64,000 bases of DNA from Peribolospora baueri (Eukaryota), in assembly GCA_029717555.1 (NCBI GenBank), contig JAMDHS010000015.1, forward strand, positions 62,001 to 126,000. The letters are read 5' to 3'. Below are positions 11,867 to 24,339 of this stretch, piece after piece. The notes below the pieces were generated by a model that did no database searches, was not told where the DNA came from, and saw nothing but the letters and a program-made list of their open reading frames with translations. The position numbers and the translations under genes are program-made. Every line of letters begins with the position of its first letter. Within the stretch, counting starts at the first letter, position 1.

Positions 11867-12413
11867 CTACTTCTTCCCCTTGCCCTTCTCTTTCTCCTTC
11901 TCTGTCGCCTTTCCTTCAGGCGCCTCTCCCTTGCCCTTCATGATCGTCAGCGGACCGTTGGCTGCCCGTCGGACCATCTCTTTCTCTACTTGGGACAGTA
12001 CGGACGCTGTTTGTGCCTGTGTGGAAATGCGATAGATAGGAGGTGACGACGGAGGGGAGCGGAGCGAGCACGAGCAGAGGCAGAGTCAGTGGGGAGTAGA
12101 AGTCAGTTGGGGAAAGAGTGGGCGTCTCGTCTCCGTGCCCCTTCCCATCCCCACCCCCCTCCGATCCACTTACCCGCTTCACGCCGGCTTGCTTCACGGC
12201 CGCAGCCTTCTTTGGCGGGATCACTCGTGCTGGTAGGAAGAAGAGCGGCCGTGTGGGCCGTGGCGAACATCGTTGTCAGGGCGCCCGCCGCCTTGAAAAC
12301 CGCAGACTGGCGAACTCACCGCCCTTCTTAGGCGCCGATGCTTTGCCCTTGCCCTTGCCCTTGGAAGACGAAGAGGAGGCCGTCTTCCTGGGAGGCTTGA
12401 AGCCTTGTGCCAT
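11867..12413 (-). CDS. Small basic UPF0390/DUF2462 family protein (3 exons)
   Basis: Spliced translation MAQGFKPPRK...APKKG|ARVIPPKKAAAVKQAGVKR|AQTASVLSQVEKEMVRRAANGPLTIMKGK...KK*. The MAQG start, KGARVI.PKK and G.LTIMK are typical of the family. Confidence 0.8.
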
Positions 12414-12735
12414 CTCTTTCTTTCTCCCTTTGCTCGTGGATGAGAACCAACTTGGGAAGGTATAGAAGGAATCTGAGGCCCACCGGGAATTTTGACTGCG
12501 GCAGGCGCAGCGGCAGCGGATAGACAGACGACGACGGGGTTTCAGTTCAGAGGGTTTGCTTCTCGTCGTCCAAGAGAGCCAGCCAGTGCCGTCGGTCCTA
12601 TTCCCGGTCGTCCTTGGAGTGAGCGAGGGCTCCTCATACCAGTCGCATGCGCGCGACGTGGCGGACCCTCTTACCTTTCAACCGCTCTCGCTGGCCGTTC
12701 TCTAACCCTCCATAGCGGACCCCAGCTCGCCCGCC

Positions 12736-15203
12736 ATGCCACCTCGGCGCCAGCGACGAGACCCAAGGCCTCAGAAGCACCGTCGGCTGAACAGCGAGAA
12801 AGACGAGGAGGGGATGACAGACAGCGGCGCGACGGCGGCGGTCTCGGGCGACGGCGGAAAGCGCAAAGCGAATGACAATAAGGAGCTCATCTCCGGCATA
12901 CTCTACTTCACCAACCCCAAGTATGTCGTCGACCCTCCTGTGACGAAGCAGGTGGGCGTCTCGTCTCTCTTCCTTCTCTTTGCGCGGATGTCCGCGTCTT
13001 TTTCCTCAGCATGTTTTCTCTCTTCCTTTAGCTCGACCGCGCCTTCGCCAACGGACATTTTCCCGAGGGCGACAACCTGGGCTGTCGCGCCCCCTGGGTC
13101 AAGTTGCGCGCGAATGCGAAGCTCTCTCCTTCCGAGCGACCCGGCGTTGAGAGGATCAAAGGGACCGTGTGTTTTGACGTCGACCCTTCAGAGAAGCAGG
13201 ACCCGACCGTCGAGTCGAGTTTCAACGGCCGGAACAGGGGCCGTATGGTGCTTAGGGTCAGCGTTATCCCTTCGAACCTGTTTAAGAAGGCACCGGTCGA
13301 CCTCCCATGGGTGCTTCGAGCTTGCAGCTTCGTCCGACAGCCGGCGTGAGTCCTCGCGGGATTTCGTCCGTCCCTTCTCTGACATAACGCCTTTGTCCGC
13401 ATCGTCGTTCGGCCGGAGACCGGCAGGAAAACGCACGAAGGCCCTCTCAACACGCTTTTCAAAGGCCTCACTTTCTACGTCGGAAATGTGAGCCTGGATC
13501 GCCGTTTATTCCCTCCCGTTTGAGCTCCACGTCTCTGTCGATGGGTCCGAGTGTATGCGCTCAATACAAGGCTTCTCGGCGCCTCTTCCTCTACCGCATG
13601 AACTCGCCAGACCAGCAAGCAGCACGATGAATATTCACTGATCATCAGGCGTTGTATCTCAGAGTTCGGCGGGACTATCGCCGAGAGGTGGAGGGCGGAA
13701 GTAGCTACACACCTTGTTACGGAGCCTTATTTCCACAACAACCTCTTCAACCAGGCGACGCGAGCCATATCTTCCTACCATGTCCTGCCCCAGTGGTGAG
13801 TCCTCCTTCCTCATTAACTTGGACGAATGTGAGCGCTCGGTCTGAATGGCGTTTTATTTGGTCGACCGGCGCTGTCTTCGTCAAGGCTTTTTTCCTGCAT
13901 CATATTTGGCCGTCTCTTGCCAGAGTCGCTTTTCGCGTGTCCCAACCCGCCGTTGTTCGGGGGATCGCCATTTAGCTCCTGGTCTGAGGAGGTTGCCTTC
14001 TGCACCAGCATCAGGGATTTCGATCCAATGCTCTTGTTCTGGACAGAGACAGCATCTTCCAACGACGGCTCGTCGGCTCGGACAAATGCGGAAGAGACGG
14101 CAGCGGAGAGGATCCAGATCAAACAGCGGTCGTCACCGCGCTTCCTTTCTGGCGAGACCATCTGGGTTTGGAAAGCCTTACCTGCTTCCTTTATGAGGGC
14201 GTTGGGAGCGCGGATCAAGGCAGCGGGCGGTCGGATGTTTGACAGCCGACTAGAGTTGGTGGCAGACGCGACCATAGTCATCACCGATATCAGAGACACG
14301 CGCACATACGCAGAGGTGAGTCCGCTGAAGGACAAACCTCAGCGATTGTTGCCAGGTCATGACCCACATAATTCTCCGTCGCCCATGACCTGCCTCCCGG
14401 ATCACCCCAAAAGGCTGTTCGACATAACAAGCGCATCGGTAGCATCGCATGGCTCATCCACATTCTAGCGAAAGAGCACATTTGCGACCCGCGACGGCAC
14501 TTTAGCTTTTATCCTCCGCCGCGTTGTACGGGACCTCTTCTCTACAAGACGGTGAGCCTTCGTACCTCGCCTAAGAGTGTACGACAGCGGCTGACTTTTA
14601 GCACCTCTCATTTGAACGGTCTTTAGATTGCCATTGCCGCCAATGTATTTTCACCGGAAAAACGGAAGCACATCATCAAACTCATCAAGGTCCTGGGCGC
14701 AAAGCACAACGATTTTGCGTTGTCGACTTACCGTCCGGACTACATCGTCGCGGCGCAGTGAGTTTGGTTCGATGATGCGGCTGCGTCGAGGGCGTGCTAT
14801 GGGTGCCACACTCTTCGTTTGTTCAATGACTAACGTTGGGCGGTGGCTTGTCCGCCTTGCCGTAATTCGGTTTTGGTATCGCAGTGGCGCCGATCTGAGC
14901 CGCTTCAGTCACTTGCTCCACGAGGGCGGCGGATGTAAGCCCTGCTACTTAGTGAACACGCTCTTCCTCACCTCCTGCCTCAAGTACTGGACCATGCTTT
15001 CTCCCAAGGAGGTCAAGTACCGCGTCAAGTCCAAGGCGGAGATGGAGAAAGATCGGGTAATGGTGAACGGGGAAGGAAAGGACTCGACGGCGTCCACGAC
15101 GATGGTGGAAGGGGACGTTGTTCTGAGCCGGAAAGAGTTTGTCAATGATGAGATGCTCCAGCCTTGGACGGACACGTTTGCAAGGTGGAAGGTCCACAGC
15201 TGA
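12736..15203 (+). CDS. Multi-BRCT protein related to the N-terminal BRCT array of Rtt107/Brc1, multi-exon
   Basis: Three BRCT-like repeats after splicing: LFKGLTFYVGN|TSKQ...ISEFGG...THLV...VLPQW|LFSCIIFGRLLPESLF; RIKAAGG...IGSIAWLIHIL...FYP; KHIIKLIKVLGA...LVNTLFLTSCLKYW. Confidence 0.7.
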
Positions 15204-15855
15204 AGCCCTTCTTTCCTGGCTAGACACGTCTTTTTCTGACCCGGTCCCTGAGCCTTTCCGTTCCCTTCTCGTCGTTCCCTTTGTCTCCGTCTTACTCTCG
15301 ACTCGCTTGTCCCACTCCGATATCCACTCCTGTATCCGTCGTAGTCCACTTCCGTCCGTTCGCGTTTCTCGCATTCGAAGCTAGCCTCGCCGTGTAACAA
15401 CCAGACCGCTGTTTGTCTCCTCCCTTGGAGCGATGACGGTCGACTGTGCGATGGGAGACGAAGGACCTTGGCTTGCTTCGTCCCGCCTCTGATACTTCTG
15501 ACCTGCTTTCCATCCACGCCATCTACGCCTGATCGTTGCCGCCATTCAGACTAGTCGCGCTCAACGCTGACCTGCATTCACGTGCCTTCTCCCCGCATCT
15601 TTCCTCTCCCCGCATCTTCCATCTCCTCATCATCGCCGCGTCGTATCTTTCTCCTCTCCTCCATCGTTCATTCATTCATCCCCATACCCTCATACCTTCT
15701 CCCTTTCTCTCTCGCCCTCCCGCTCTCCCTTCGCTAACCACCCACCCTCCCTTCAACCTCTGCGTGTGATCTTAAAGCGGTCGAACGGACCCCCTTCTCC
15801 CTAACACATTCCGCGACACTCTCACTGAAACCACGACGACGACGACGACGACGCG

Positions 15856-17216
15856 ATGATGATGATCTACAAGTCCTCCTCCTTCCTCTTTGCCGCCTCG
15901 GCCGCGGTTTGGCTTAGCGGTGCGCTTACGGGGCTCCAAGGTCGGTAGATTGGGTCCAGAAACGTGTGGAAGGGACAGGGAGAGAGCGAAGCGACGGTCG
16001 TATATGGAAGTTCCCCGTCAACCTGTGCTTATCTCGTCTTCCTTGATCTTTCCCTCATGCTCGCACTTTTCGTCTGGTCCAGCCGCGGCAGCCGCGTCTT
16101 CTTCTCCCATGCCGTCGTCCAGCTCTGCTTCCGTCAACCTCCCACCGTATCTATACAACTTAACTATGGAGGTGAGCGGTCTTGCAATGAGGTGTGGGCA
16201 TTTTCCGTTGCCAATTGGCGTTGCCAAGGACGCATTCGGCAGCTGCGGAGAGAAGTCAAGAGTTTTGTGGAGCGAGGTTCCCGTCGGCCCCGTCCATATC
16301 TGTCATTTGTCGTTTGTTGCGTGTTGCATGTCGTATCGCATGCGAAAGGTGACTCTTCGCGATAACACCGCTCTCTTCGCTTTATCCCATCCCCTACTCA
16401 GTCCACGGCCACTCGTAACAACATCTGCGCCCAGCAGACGCAATTCTGCCAGACCGCCGGCTGCGCCTCCGCCGGCGCCACCGTCAACGTCAACTTCTGT
16501 GACGCAAGTGGAACCATGGGCACCGCGTGTCAGTGCAGCACGGGGGACAGCAAGTTGCAGCCTTGGCAGTGGCCCGTCAATCAGGCCGTGCGTCCTCTAC
16601 TCTCTACGTTGCTTGTGCCACATATCTTGTCATGACCGAACCTACCAGCTCATTCTCCATCAACCGTTTTCGGCGCCATCCTTTTCGATGTTGCTCACAG
16701 GACTGCACAAGCCGAAACAACGCGTGCAAGATGGCGTGTGAGAACCCGACGGCCAAGGTGGCCGACGTGAACGCCTGTCAGGCCGCTTGTCAGTCCGTCT
16801 ATGGCAACACTTGCGGCCAGCCGACTCAGACTAGGTGAGTGGAACGGGAGCGTGGGTGGGTGGGCGCGCGTGCCGGGTCTCCCTCTGGGAAGAGCGACGC
16901 AGGCGAAGGAGACGAGCGTCCCGTTTCGGTCGTCCGGCTCGACCGCTCCTTCTCGAGCTCGCTCGTTGACGCACTCCCTCCGGCACTATTCCGGTCGCAC
17001 CGTCCTCTCCTCGCGCCTCCCTCCAGCGGCAGCTACGTGGTGAATAAGCTGGGCCAGACGCCGAGCTATGACGGCGACACGAGCAAAGGTGGAGGTTCGC
17101 AAAGCGGCGCGTCCTCCATTCTCACCAAGCTTGGCGGCCCGGCGCTCCCGTTCGCTGGCTTGGCCACGCTGGCCGCTCTTGCTGCTGGAGCCGGCAAGGT
17201 GTTCATGGCGCTATGA
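15856..17216 (+). CDS. Secreted Cys-rich, probably GPI-anchored small protein (5 exons)
   Basis: Signal-like MMMIYKSSSFLFAASAAVWLS|AAAA, 12 Cys in the spliced core (ICAQQTQFCQTAGC...NFCD...CQC...DC...C...C...C...C...CG), then a Ser/Gly linker and a hydrophobic C-terminus (SGASSILTKLGGPALPFAGLATLAALAAGAGKVFMAL*). Confidence 0.8.
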
Positions 17217-17490
17217 TGGTGGCTCGAAGTGGAGAAGCTGCATCTTCCCCATTGGTCTCCCCTCGGTCCCTTCTTGTCTTTGGGTGCTCGTTCGAGCCCC
17301 CTTTACATATATCTAGGCCTGGTGGACCTGTGCTGTACCTTCACTTTCTATATATATATATTTTTTTTTTGGAAACTACACCCAAAGACACGATCGACAG
17401 TCTCTGCGCGGTATGAACGTCATACGTGAAATTACGAGGGCGAGCGTATGACGGGGAGACAAGGCGTGCTTTTCTTCTCCTTTTCCCCTC

Positions 17491-20400
17491 TCAGGCGTCA
17501 ACCTCCTCCATTTCCGCGTCCTCATCCTCGCTCGCCAACGCCTTGCGAATTTCCTCATCGCGCCTGCGCTGCTCCTCCTCACTTCGTGCGGTCAGCCTCG
17601 AGCTCCTCCTCGTCCCCACCGCTCCCGTCTCCGACTGCGGAGTAGACGTCGCGGCTCGGGGACGCTTAGTCCGTGTTTGCGCGTTCGGCGATGGCGCCGA
17701 CGACGCTCTATCGCCGCGCACTCCGCCTCGCTTCTCGCTCGCCGGCGTAGACACGGCCGAAGAGGTGGCGGGGCGCTCGCGCTTGCCCGTCGCTGTCGAC
17801 AGTGACATGCTTGTGGAGACAGCGGACCGTGCCTCTGACCTTTCGTCGGCATTTTCGATGCTCTGATCAGGACCTCGCTCTTCGGCGGCCATCTCGCCCA
17901 GACTCTTGATGATGACCTTGCCTCTCCTTTCCGTCTTGCCATCAAGCTCGGAGGGGAGATGTTGCTCTTCCGTCTCGGCCGACCGACCTCCATCGTCGCC
18001 ATTCTTGGCGGCCAGCACTCCTCCAGTGTGGCTCTCAGCATCGCTCGAACTATCCGAATCGTATCTTTTCTTTGGCTGCAGTCGGCCCTTGACTGAAGGC
18101 AAATTCAGCACCGCTGCAACATTGTCGTCATCCTCAGCCAGGAAGCCGCCAGAGGCCTGAGCACATAGCAAGCTTCGAAGTCAGCCTTCGCCCCCCTGGC
18201 CTTGTGTATCGCTTTATGGTGGCTCACCTCCGCTCCGCGCGACCCGAGCTCAGCTGTCCCGTTCTTGAGAACGATTTCAAAGCTACCAGCGTCATCTCCC
18301 TTGTCCCGATACTCTTTGCGGATGCGCTCGACGACGCGCAGGCCGACGATGAGCTTCTTCCAGCGCTTCAGGGCACGCTCCTGTCGCTTCGTAAAGGCGC
18401 GTTCGGCCGCAGCGTGTTCCGAAGCCCAGAACGCCTGCAAGAGAGATTGGAAACGTATGGTAGGCAACCCAGAAGACTGGCCTGGGAGAAGCTGCAAAAA
18501 GTGGACAGATGAGTACCGTAACTCACGTCGACCACCATGTCCTCATTCTCCTTCGCAATGACGATTCCAGTCACGATTGGAATCGCTCGCCTCTTCTTGA
18601 ATTCGAAGCCGGTCTGGTTAAACAAGCGGAGCGACGACAACAATGAGCGACGGGCGTTAGAGACCACGACCGATATCAACAGAGCATCCTTATACTCACT
18701 ACGGCCTCGCCGAAATCCACGCCGAGCTGCTTCGCAACCTTGGCGACGCCTTTGACTAATGGAACCAACACGAGTGTTCAATCAAAGCTTGCCTTCGCCT
18801 CAACATGCCGGGCATGGGAACGGAAGACGGTACTCACAAGGGATATGTACAGCGCCTGGAGAGAGCATCGTGGGTACGAAGAGATCGACATTGCCATAAG
18901 AGTTCTTGGGGACCTTTCCCTGCAGAGTGATGGAGCCACGAAGTGGGGATGTGAGATAAGGGAAGAACCCTTGGACGGAGCGACTCGGCTCACATTGACG
19001 ACACCCGGGGCAGAATAAAGCTCCGTCTGCCAAACGGCATACAGCGCCTGCTGCTCGAGCTCCCTCCCTTCAGCCTGCGCCGCCTCCTGAGCACGCCTCT
19101 TCTCAAGCGTCACCACCCTCGCCTTGACCCATTTCAGGGGGTTCTCTTTCGCCTTGATCTTGCGTCCCTCTCGCATCCAGTTCTCCGATGTCTTCAGCTG
19201 CACCACACTCTGTCGCGGGAAGACAGGCTCGCCGTTGAATTTCCCGATCTCAGTGCGAGGAAAGATGGTCTCTTCTCGCCTCAACTGGCGCTCGAGGACG
19301 TACCTACAAGGAGAGAAGAAAGAATTCAGCTTAGACAGGCATCACACTGCTTCAATTTATAAAGTGCATGACACTGACAAGGGATGGTCTTTGAAACCGG
19401 CCACAGACGTCGGCATTGGCTCGTTATGTTGAGTCTGCGCCAGCTCAGCATCCTCCGCCACGTCGCGTTGCTAAACCAAGACAAGGGTGTTTTCAGAAAA
19501 TGGATTCCAAATGAGGCCTTGAAGGGACTGGAACACAAGCAACACTCACGAGACCCATCGGCCGGGTCAGAGGCCTCATCACATCCGCCCACCAGTCTTC
19601 ACCCCTCCGTGCGGGAACCCTCAATCGACTCGTCTTGCTCCCAAAATGGCGCGCATACCTTGCGGTCACGTCCCGTGCGTATCCATCTGCAGAAGAGGTT
19701 CGGACATATCAATGGCGACTGAACACTCTGGAGCAAACTTTTGCTACATACTGAGGATGCGTGACGACAACCCACCTTCCTCCAAAGCCACGACGTAGAC
19801 CATCGTGTTGTCCCGATTACTACTGGCGGGTTCCATGTTTCGATGGTCGTAGATGTTCACCTTTGCACGGATGGGATCCACCGATAGCCAGCGAGCAAAC
19901 GGCCGAGAGTACACCTCTGTCCAGAACACGGGAGGCTGGGATTTGTCCGTCGAGACTGAATGGCAGAGTCAAACGGAACAGAAACGAACAAAAATGGTTC
20001 GTTTGTCGCGCGCACCATACTATCGCATGCCGAACTCGACGTACTCACCGAGTGTCTGACGCACGGCAGTGCCAATCTTCTGCTTTCTTAGCTTCACGGT
20101 TGGTTTGACGGGTATGGCATGTTTGAGCCCACGCCACTTCTCCGGTCTGTAATCGTTGTCCTCAGGTTGGTCATTCACCATGTTTTCGTCGACCTCCCCG
20201 TCCTCGATCAAGAAGGCGCCGGGCGAATTGGAGTTGGAGGAGGTACCCTTGCCTCTTCCCTTCGCTGACGACGATTCGTTCGCTTGGCCTCTCCTTCGAG
20301 GTCGAGAGGAGCGGGAAGCTGGGAGGGTACGACTTTCCTCGCCGCGTGCCATCTCAGGCCCCGAAGCCTCAGCAGTAGAGGTATTGCCGCTCACAAGGTC

Positions 20401-22331
20401 GATCGGCTTAGACGAGCTGCCGCGGGCGGAAGCGGGCGAAGATGACGCACCCGCCTTCGCAACCTGTGCCAGCCGTCTAGGAGTCGACTCCGTCGACATC
20501 GACTTGGATGACTTAGGCGTAACATCCACCTCTTCCATGTCATCGTCCTCCTCATCGCTAGTCATCTCGTCAATCGGCTTACGTTTCTCCAAGCTCAAGT
20601 TCTTTTTCGTTTTACTGGTCGAACCTGTGGCTCCGCCGAGTTTGGCAGCTCCCACGCTCCAAGGGACCGGTTGGAGACTGGTGACCAAGCGGGCCGGAAT
20701 GTCGAGCGCGCGGCAGAGGGCTGTGAAGAGCTGAGCCGAAAGGTCCCTCGAGCCGTGGAGGGGGTCGATGTATTCGAGAAATGAGGCTGGAGACGTCAAG
20801 GGCTCAGGCGGAGGCAGGCAGCGCAGGTAGACCAACTCTCCAGGCTCGTTCGGGTCGAGCAGTGGGACTATGATGGATGGTTGAGGAAGCTCCGGGGACG
20901 ACGAGTCATACGCGTCAACATCAATAGCCTTCGCCTTGCCTTTGATGTCGTTCGCCTGTCGTTCTTGTTTCCGCTGTAGCTTGCGAATCGCGGCCCGCCT
21001 CTCGCGCCCTTCCCGTTCCTTGATGGCGAGGGCCTCCTTTTCATCCAGAATTTGCCATCCGTTGACCTCGAAGGACGAAGGTCCTTTTCCTTTGCCTCTC
21101 CGCGCCTCCCTCCAAGCGGCAATCCGCAAGTCCAGCATGGCGCTTTGCCTGATTGAAGGGCCATCGAGGTAGAACGAGTCGACCCACCAGGCGACGAGCT
21201 TTTTCATGGCTGCTTCGAACATACGCACTCGCTCTCGTTTGTTTGGCTCCTTCTTGGGATGGATGGCTCCGAAGGCGTGGTGAAGGTGCGCTGGGACAAT
21301 GTTACGCAAGCGAGTCTGACGAGAGAGATATCGCGGGTTGGGGGACATCGTCAGCCAGGTCACACATCTGGCATGCCGTTCAAGGGGGCACCTACTCGAA
21401 GGGTTTCATCGTTGATCCACCTGTTCCGGATCCGAGCATTAGCCAAGAGAGCGACAGCGTGCAGCTTGTGTGTCTCCGACCGAACGGTTCGCTCGAAAGC
21501 TGTGTTAATCTTTTTCCTTGTTGTCATGACAAGACGGCGCAATGGTAGGGGAGAAACGTGAGCACGCATCAAAGACCATGTCATGCTGGCTTAACGTCAA
21601 AAATTGTACACAAGTCTCGGCCATGAGGGTTGTCAACACTCACTTCTGAGAGCTTTCGACCTTCTTCGCCTTTTCGATCGTAATCTCGATCGCCCCCTTC
21701 TCCAGGCTAGTCCCCTCGCCTCGAGCATCGTCTCTTCCTCCTTCACCTTCCTCGTCACTCTTCTCTGCGTTGTGGTCCTCATTTATGCCGTAGTAGAAGC
21801 CGAGGTCAACAGCTTCGTCCTGTTCGCCTGCTTCCTGGGGAACTTGCACCTCCTCCATGTCCATGTCATCCTCCTCATCTCCATCCCGCGGTACCTCCAC
21901 CTCCTCCATATCTTTGTCGTCCTCGTCTGCTTCATCGCTTGCAGCCTCCCTGCTGCTGGCCTTTCCTCCGGGATGCAAGCTGCCATCCTCCATCAAGGAA
22001 GGGGTCGCCGAGCCCCCTCCAGATCGGTCCGTGAGGTCTATGACGGCGGCGGGCGGCGCATTGCCGGCATTGGCATTTGATGGCGTTAAGTTGTCTGGAA
22101 ACGTGAACGTCCGTTTTTCGAGGAGAACGGGGAATGCAGCAGGAGCAGGCAGAGGAAAGGAGAGGATGAGGTGACTGAGGAAGCGCATGCAGAGACGCAC
22201 CCGTACGTACCTCGGCTGCTTGATGCCTCTACCACGTCCTGGTCGCTATCCTCGAGCTCCACCACGTCGAACACTTCCTCCTCTGCATCCGGTGCTGGAT
22301 GGTGGCGCCTCGATTTCCTTCTTGGTGGCAT
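17491..22331 (-). CDS. RAD4: DNA damage recognition protein Rad4/XPC, multi-exon
   Basis: GSRDLSAQLFTALCRALDIPARLVTSLQP (transglutaminase-like fold), FWTEVYS...WLSVDP, FKDHPLYVLERQL, QLKTSENWMREGR, VPKNSYGNVDLF and GFEFKKRRAIPIVTGIVI (BHD1-3). Confidence 0.95.
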
Positions 22332-22548
22332 GGTGGGCGCATGGAGGACGACAAGGTGGAGGTGAGGGCAGAACGAGAAGGGTGATCATCGATCGACGTT
22401 GCGCTTGACTCGAGCAGACGCGATCGATCGGTGATGGCGCGTAAATCGCCGCGAAGCGGCGAAGTCCGACGAGGTCGCCGCTGTCTCACGGCGGGTGACC
22501 ACCAGGGTCGAGTTGGCTCTCACTACCTCTGGCCTCGTCAGCATCAAC

Positions 22549-22976
22549 ATGGAAGAGGGCTTCGACGAGATCGCGAAGCAGTGTGCCATCCAGCTGGGTG
22601 AGCCGGTCTGCAGAGAGCCGTGGAACCTCATACATGCGAGCTGACATCACATCTCGATCGATCCTTCTCAGACCTGTACCAGAGGTGCGTTCTCGCAAAC
22701 CAACAGACGCATCAGGAAGCCTGCACTCAGCAGCGCCTGGCTCTCGCTCGATGCGCCGAGAGCGCCGTGCCGCTTCTCCAGAAGGTGAAGGCGCGGTGCG
22801 CGAGCAAAATCAACGCGTACGACAGGTGTCTGGCGGCGCATCAGAATGATAGCGATCAGGTGCTCCAGGACGCTTGTGGGCCGGCGCTCGTCGAGGTCTG
22901 GCGATGTACCGAGCAAGTCAAGGATGAAGAGGGGGCTTCGGCAGCGGCTGGCAACGGCGCCTCAAAGGGTCAGTAG
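22549..22976 (+). CDS. MIX14: Mitochondrial intermembrane-space double twin-CX9C protein, Mix14-like (2 exons)
   Basis: MEEGFDEIAKQCAIQL|DLYQRC...ACTQQRLALARC...RCASKINAYDRC...ACGPALVEVWRC gives four CX9C motifs. Confidence 0.8.
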
Positions 22977-24339
22977 AGGCCTGTAGAACACGTCCATCTC
23001 GTTTTTCGTAAATTGCATGCCGACGAGCAGTTCCGTCGGCTGAGGTCCATTCGGCCTTACTGTGACTATAGAATGAATGACCCATCGTCTGCTGTCTCAC
23101 GGACTGAAGTCTTCCGCGCTGGGCTTAAATGCTAACGACTGTTGACTAGAAAGCGGCTCCGCGGCCTCCTCTTGATACTGGCGGTGCCCTGGCTTGACCA
23201 ACCTCGACACAGCCATTTGTACAGCGGAGGATCTAACTAGTAGTGCAATATCTGCCCCTGGTGCTTGCTGTTTGTAACTGAGAACTCTCCGTTCAAGTGA
23301 ACGAAACACATCCTACAGGCGAATGCGCCATCAAGTTTGCAAGCTCGCTCCTCAATCGCCATGGATCCATCGACTTTGCAGCTCGTCTTCTTCTTCTTGC
23401 TCGTCGACGTCATCTAACCTCCCCTCTCCCTGGTCATCGGACTTGGCCAGTTTGGCCGAACCAACGGAATCGATGGACGACCAGATGGCTGCAAACGCTG
23501 CATCCAGACGCACGGAGAGCCCGATCCGGCAGCACGCGCACGTCGCGGCCAGACGGAGTAGACGAAGAAGAAAGACTGATGCTGTGATTTAAATCACTAC
23601 CAGGTCGAAGTGAACGTAGATCGAGCGAGCTTCGGGGGACGAGCGTACAGGCCTAGCTGTTTTCTGTCCCTCTCTCCCAGCTAACGCTCTTGACCTGGAG
23701 GTCCAAGCGAGTCAGGTCTGACTGAGAGCTTTCATCTGACGGAAGGACCGTAACGGAGAGCCGAGCTCGTACAGAGAATAAGCGTCACAGACGTCCATTC
23801 CGGGCGTTGTTACACCGCTGACAAAAATGTATACAACCAAAGAGACGCTCGGACGCTACGTAGCGTCTCGTCCTGTTTTCGAGCTTGTACCATCAGGGGT
23901 GGGTTTGCGAATCGGCCGTCGAAGTGGCCTCTTTCTCTACGTCGACGCCGGTAAGCTAGCAAACCTGCGACTCTCCACGCCGACTTCGACGGTCTTGCTG
24001 CGCAGAGGGATCAACTATCTTACCCTCGAGGCTGAGAACGAACCAACTCGGGCCAGGATGAACAGAATGCTACAACCGATTTCGCCTCGCAATCGCCGTC
24101 GCGCGGTGTCCACGCCAAGCTACGGCGAGACGAACCGGAAGCACACGGGTGGCCCGTGCATCGATCCGAAGTAGGGTTACATCTCAACTACACAGCTGTT
24201 ACGATCTGGCCTCGCTCATCGGAGTTAGGCGCGTTGAGACGGCGAAAGCGCGCAGTGCGAGTGCGAGGAAGGAGGTCGGAGAGGCCGCCGATGTCAGCGA
24301 CACCAACCACCTCAAGACATCCCCCACGTCCATTTCACA

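Noticed and set aside
13615..13648. Apparent 34-nt GC-AG intron in the BRCT gene
   Set aside because: A single ordinary intron 13488-13610 restores the frame and gives a better BRCT helix (TSKQHDEYSLIIRRCISEFGG).
23768..23785. ACAGAGA resembling the U6 snRNA box
   Set aside because: Flanking sequence does not match U6.
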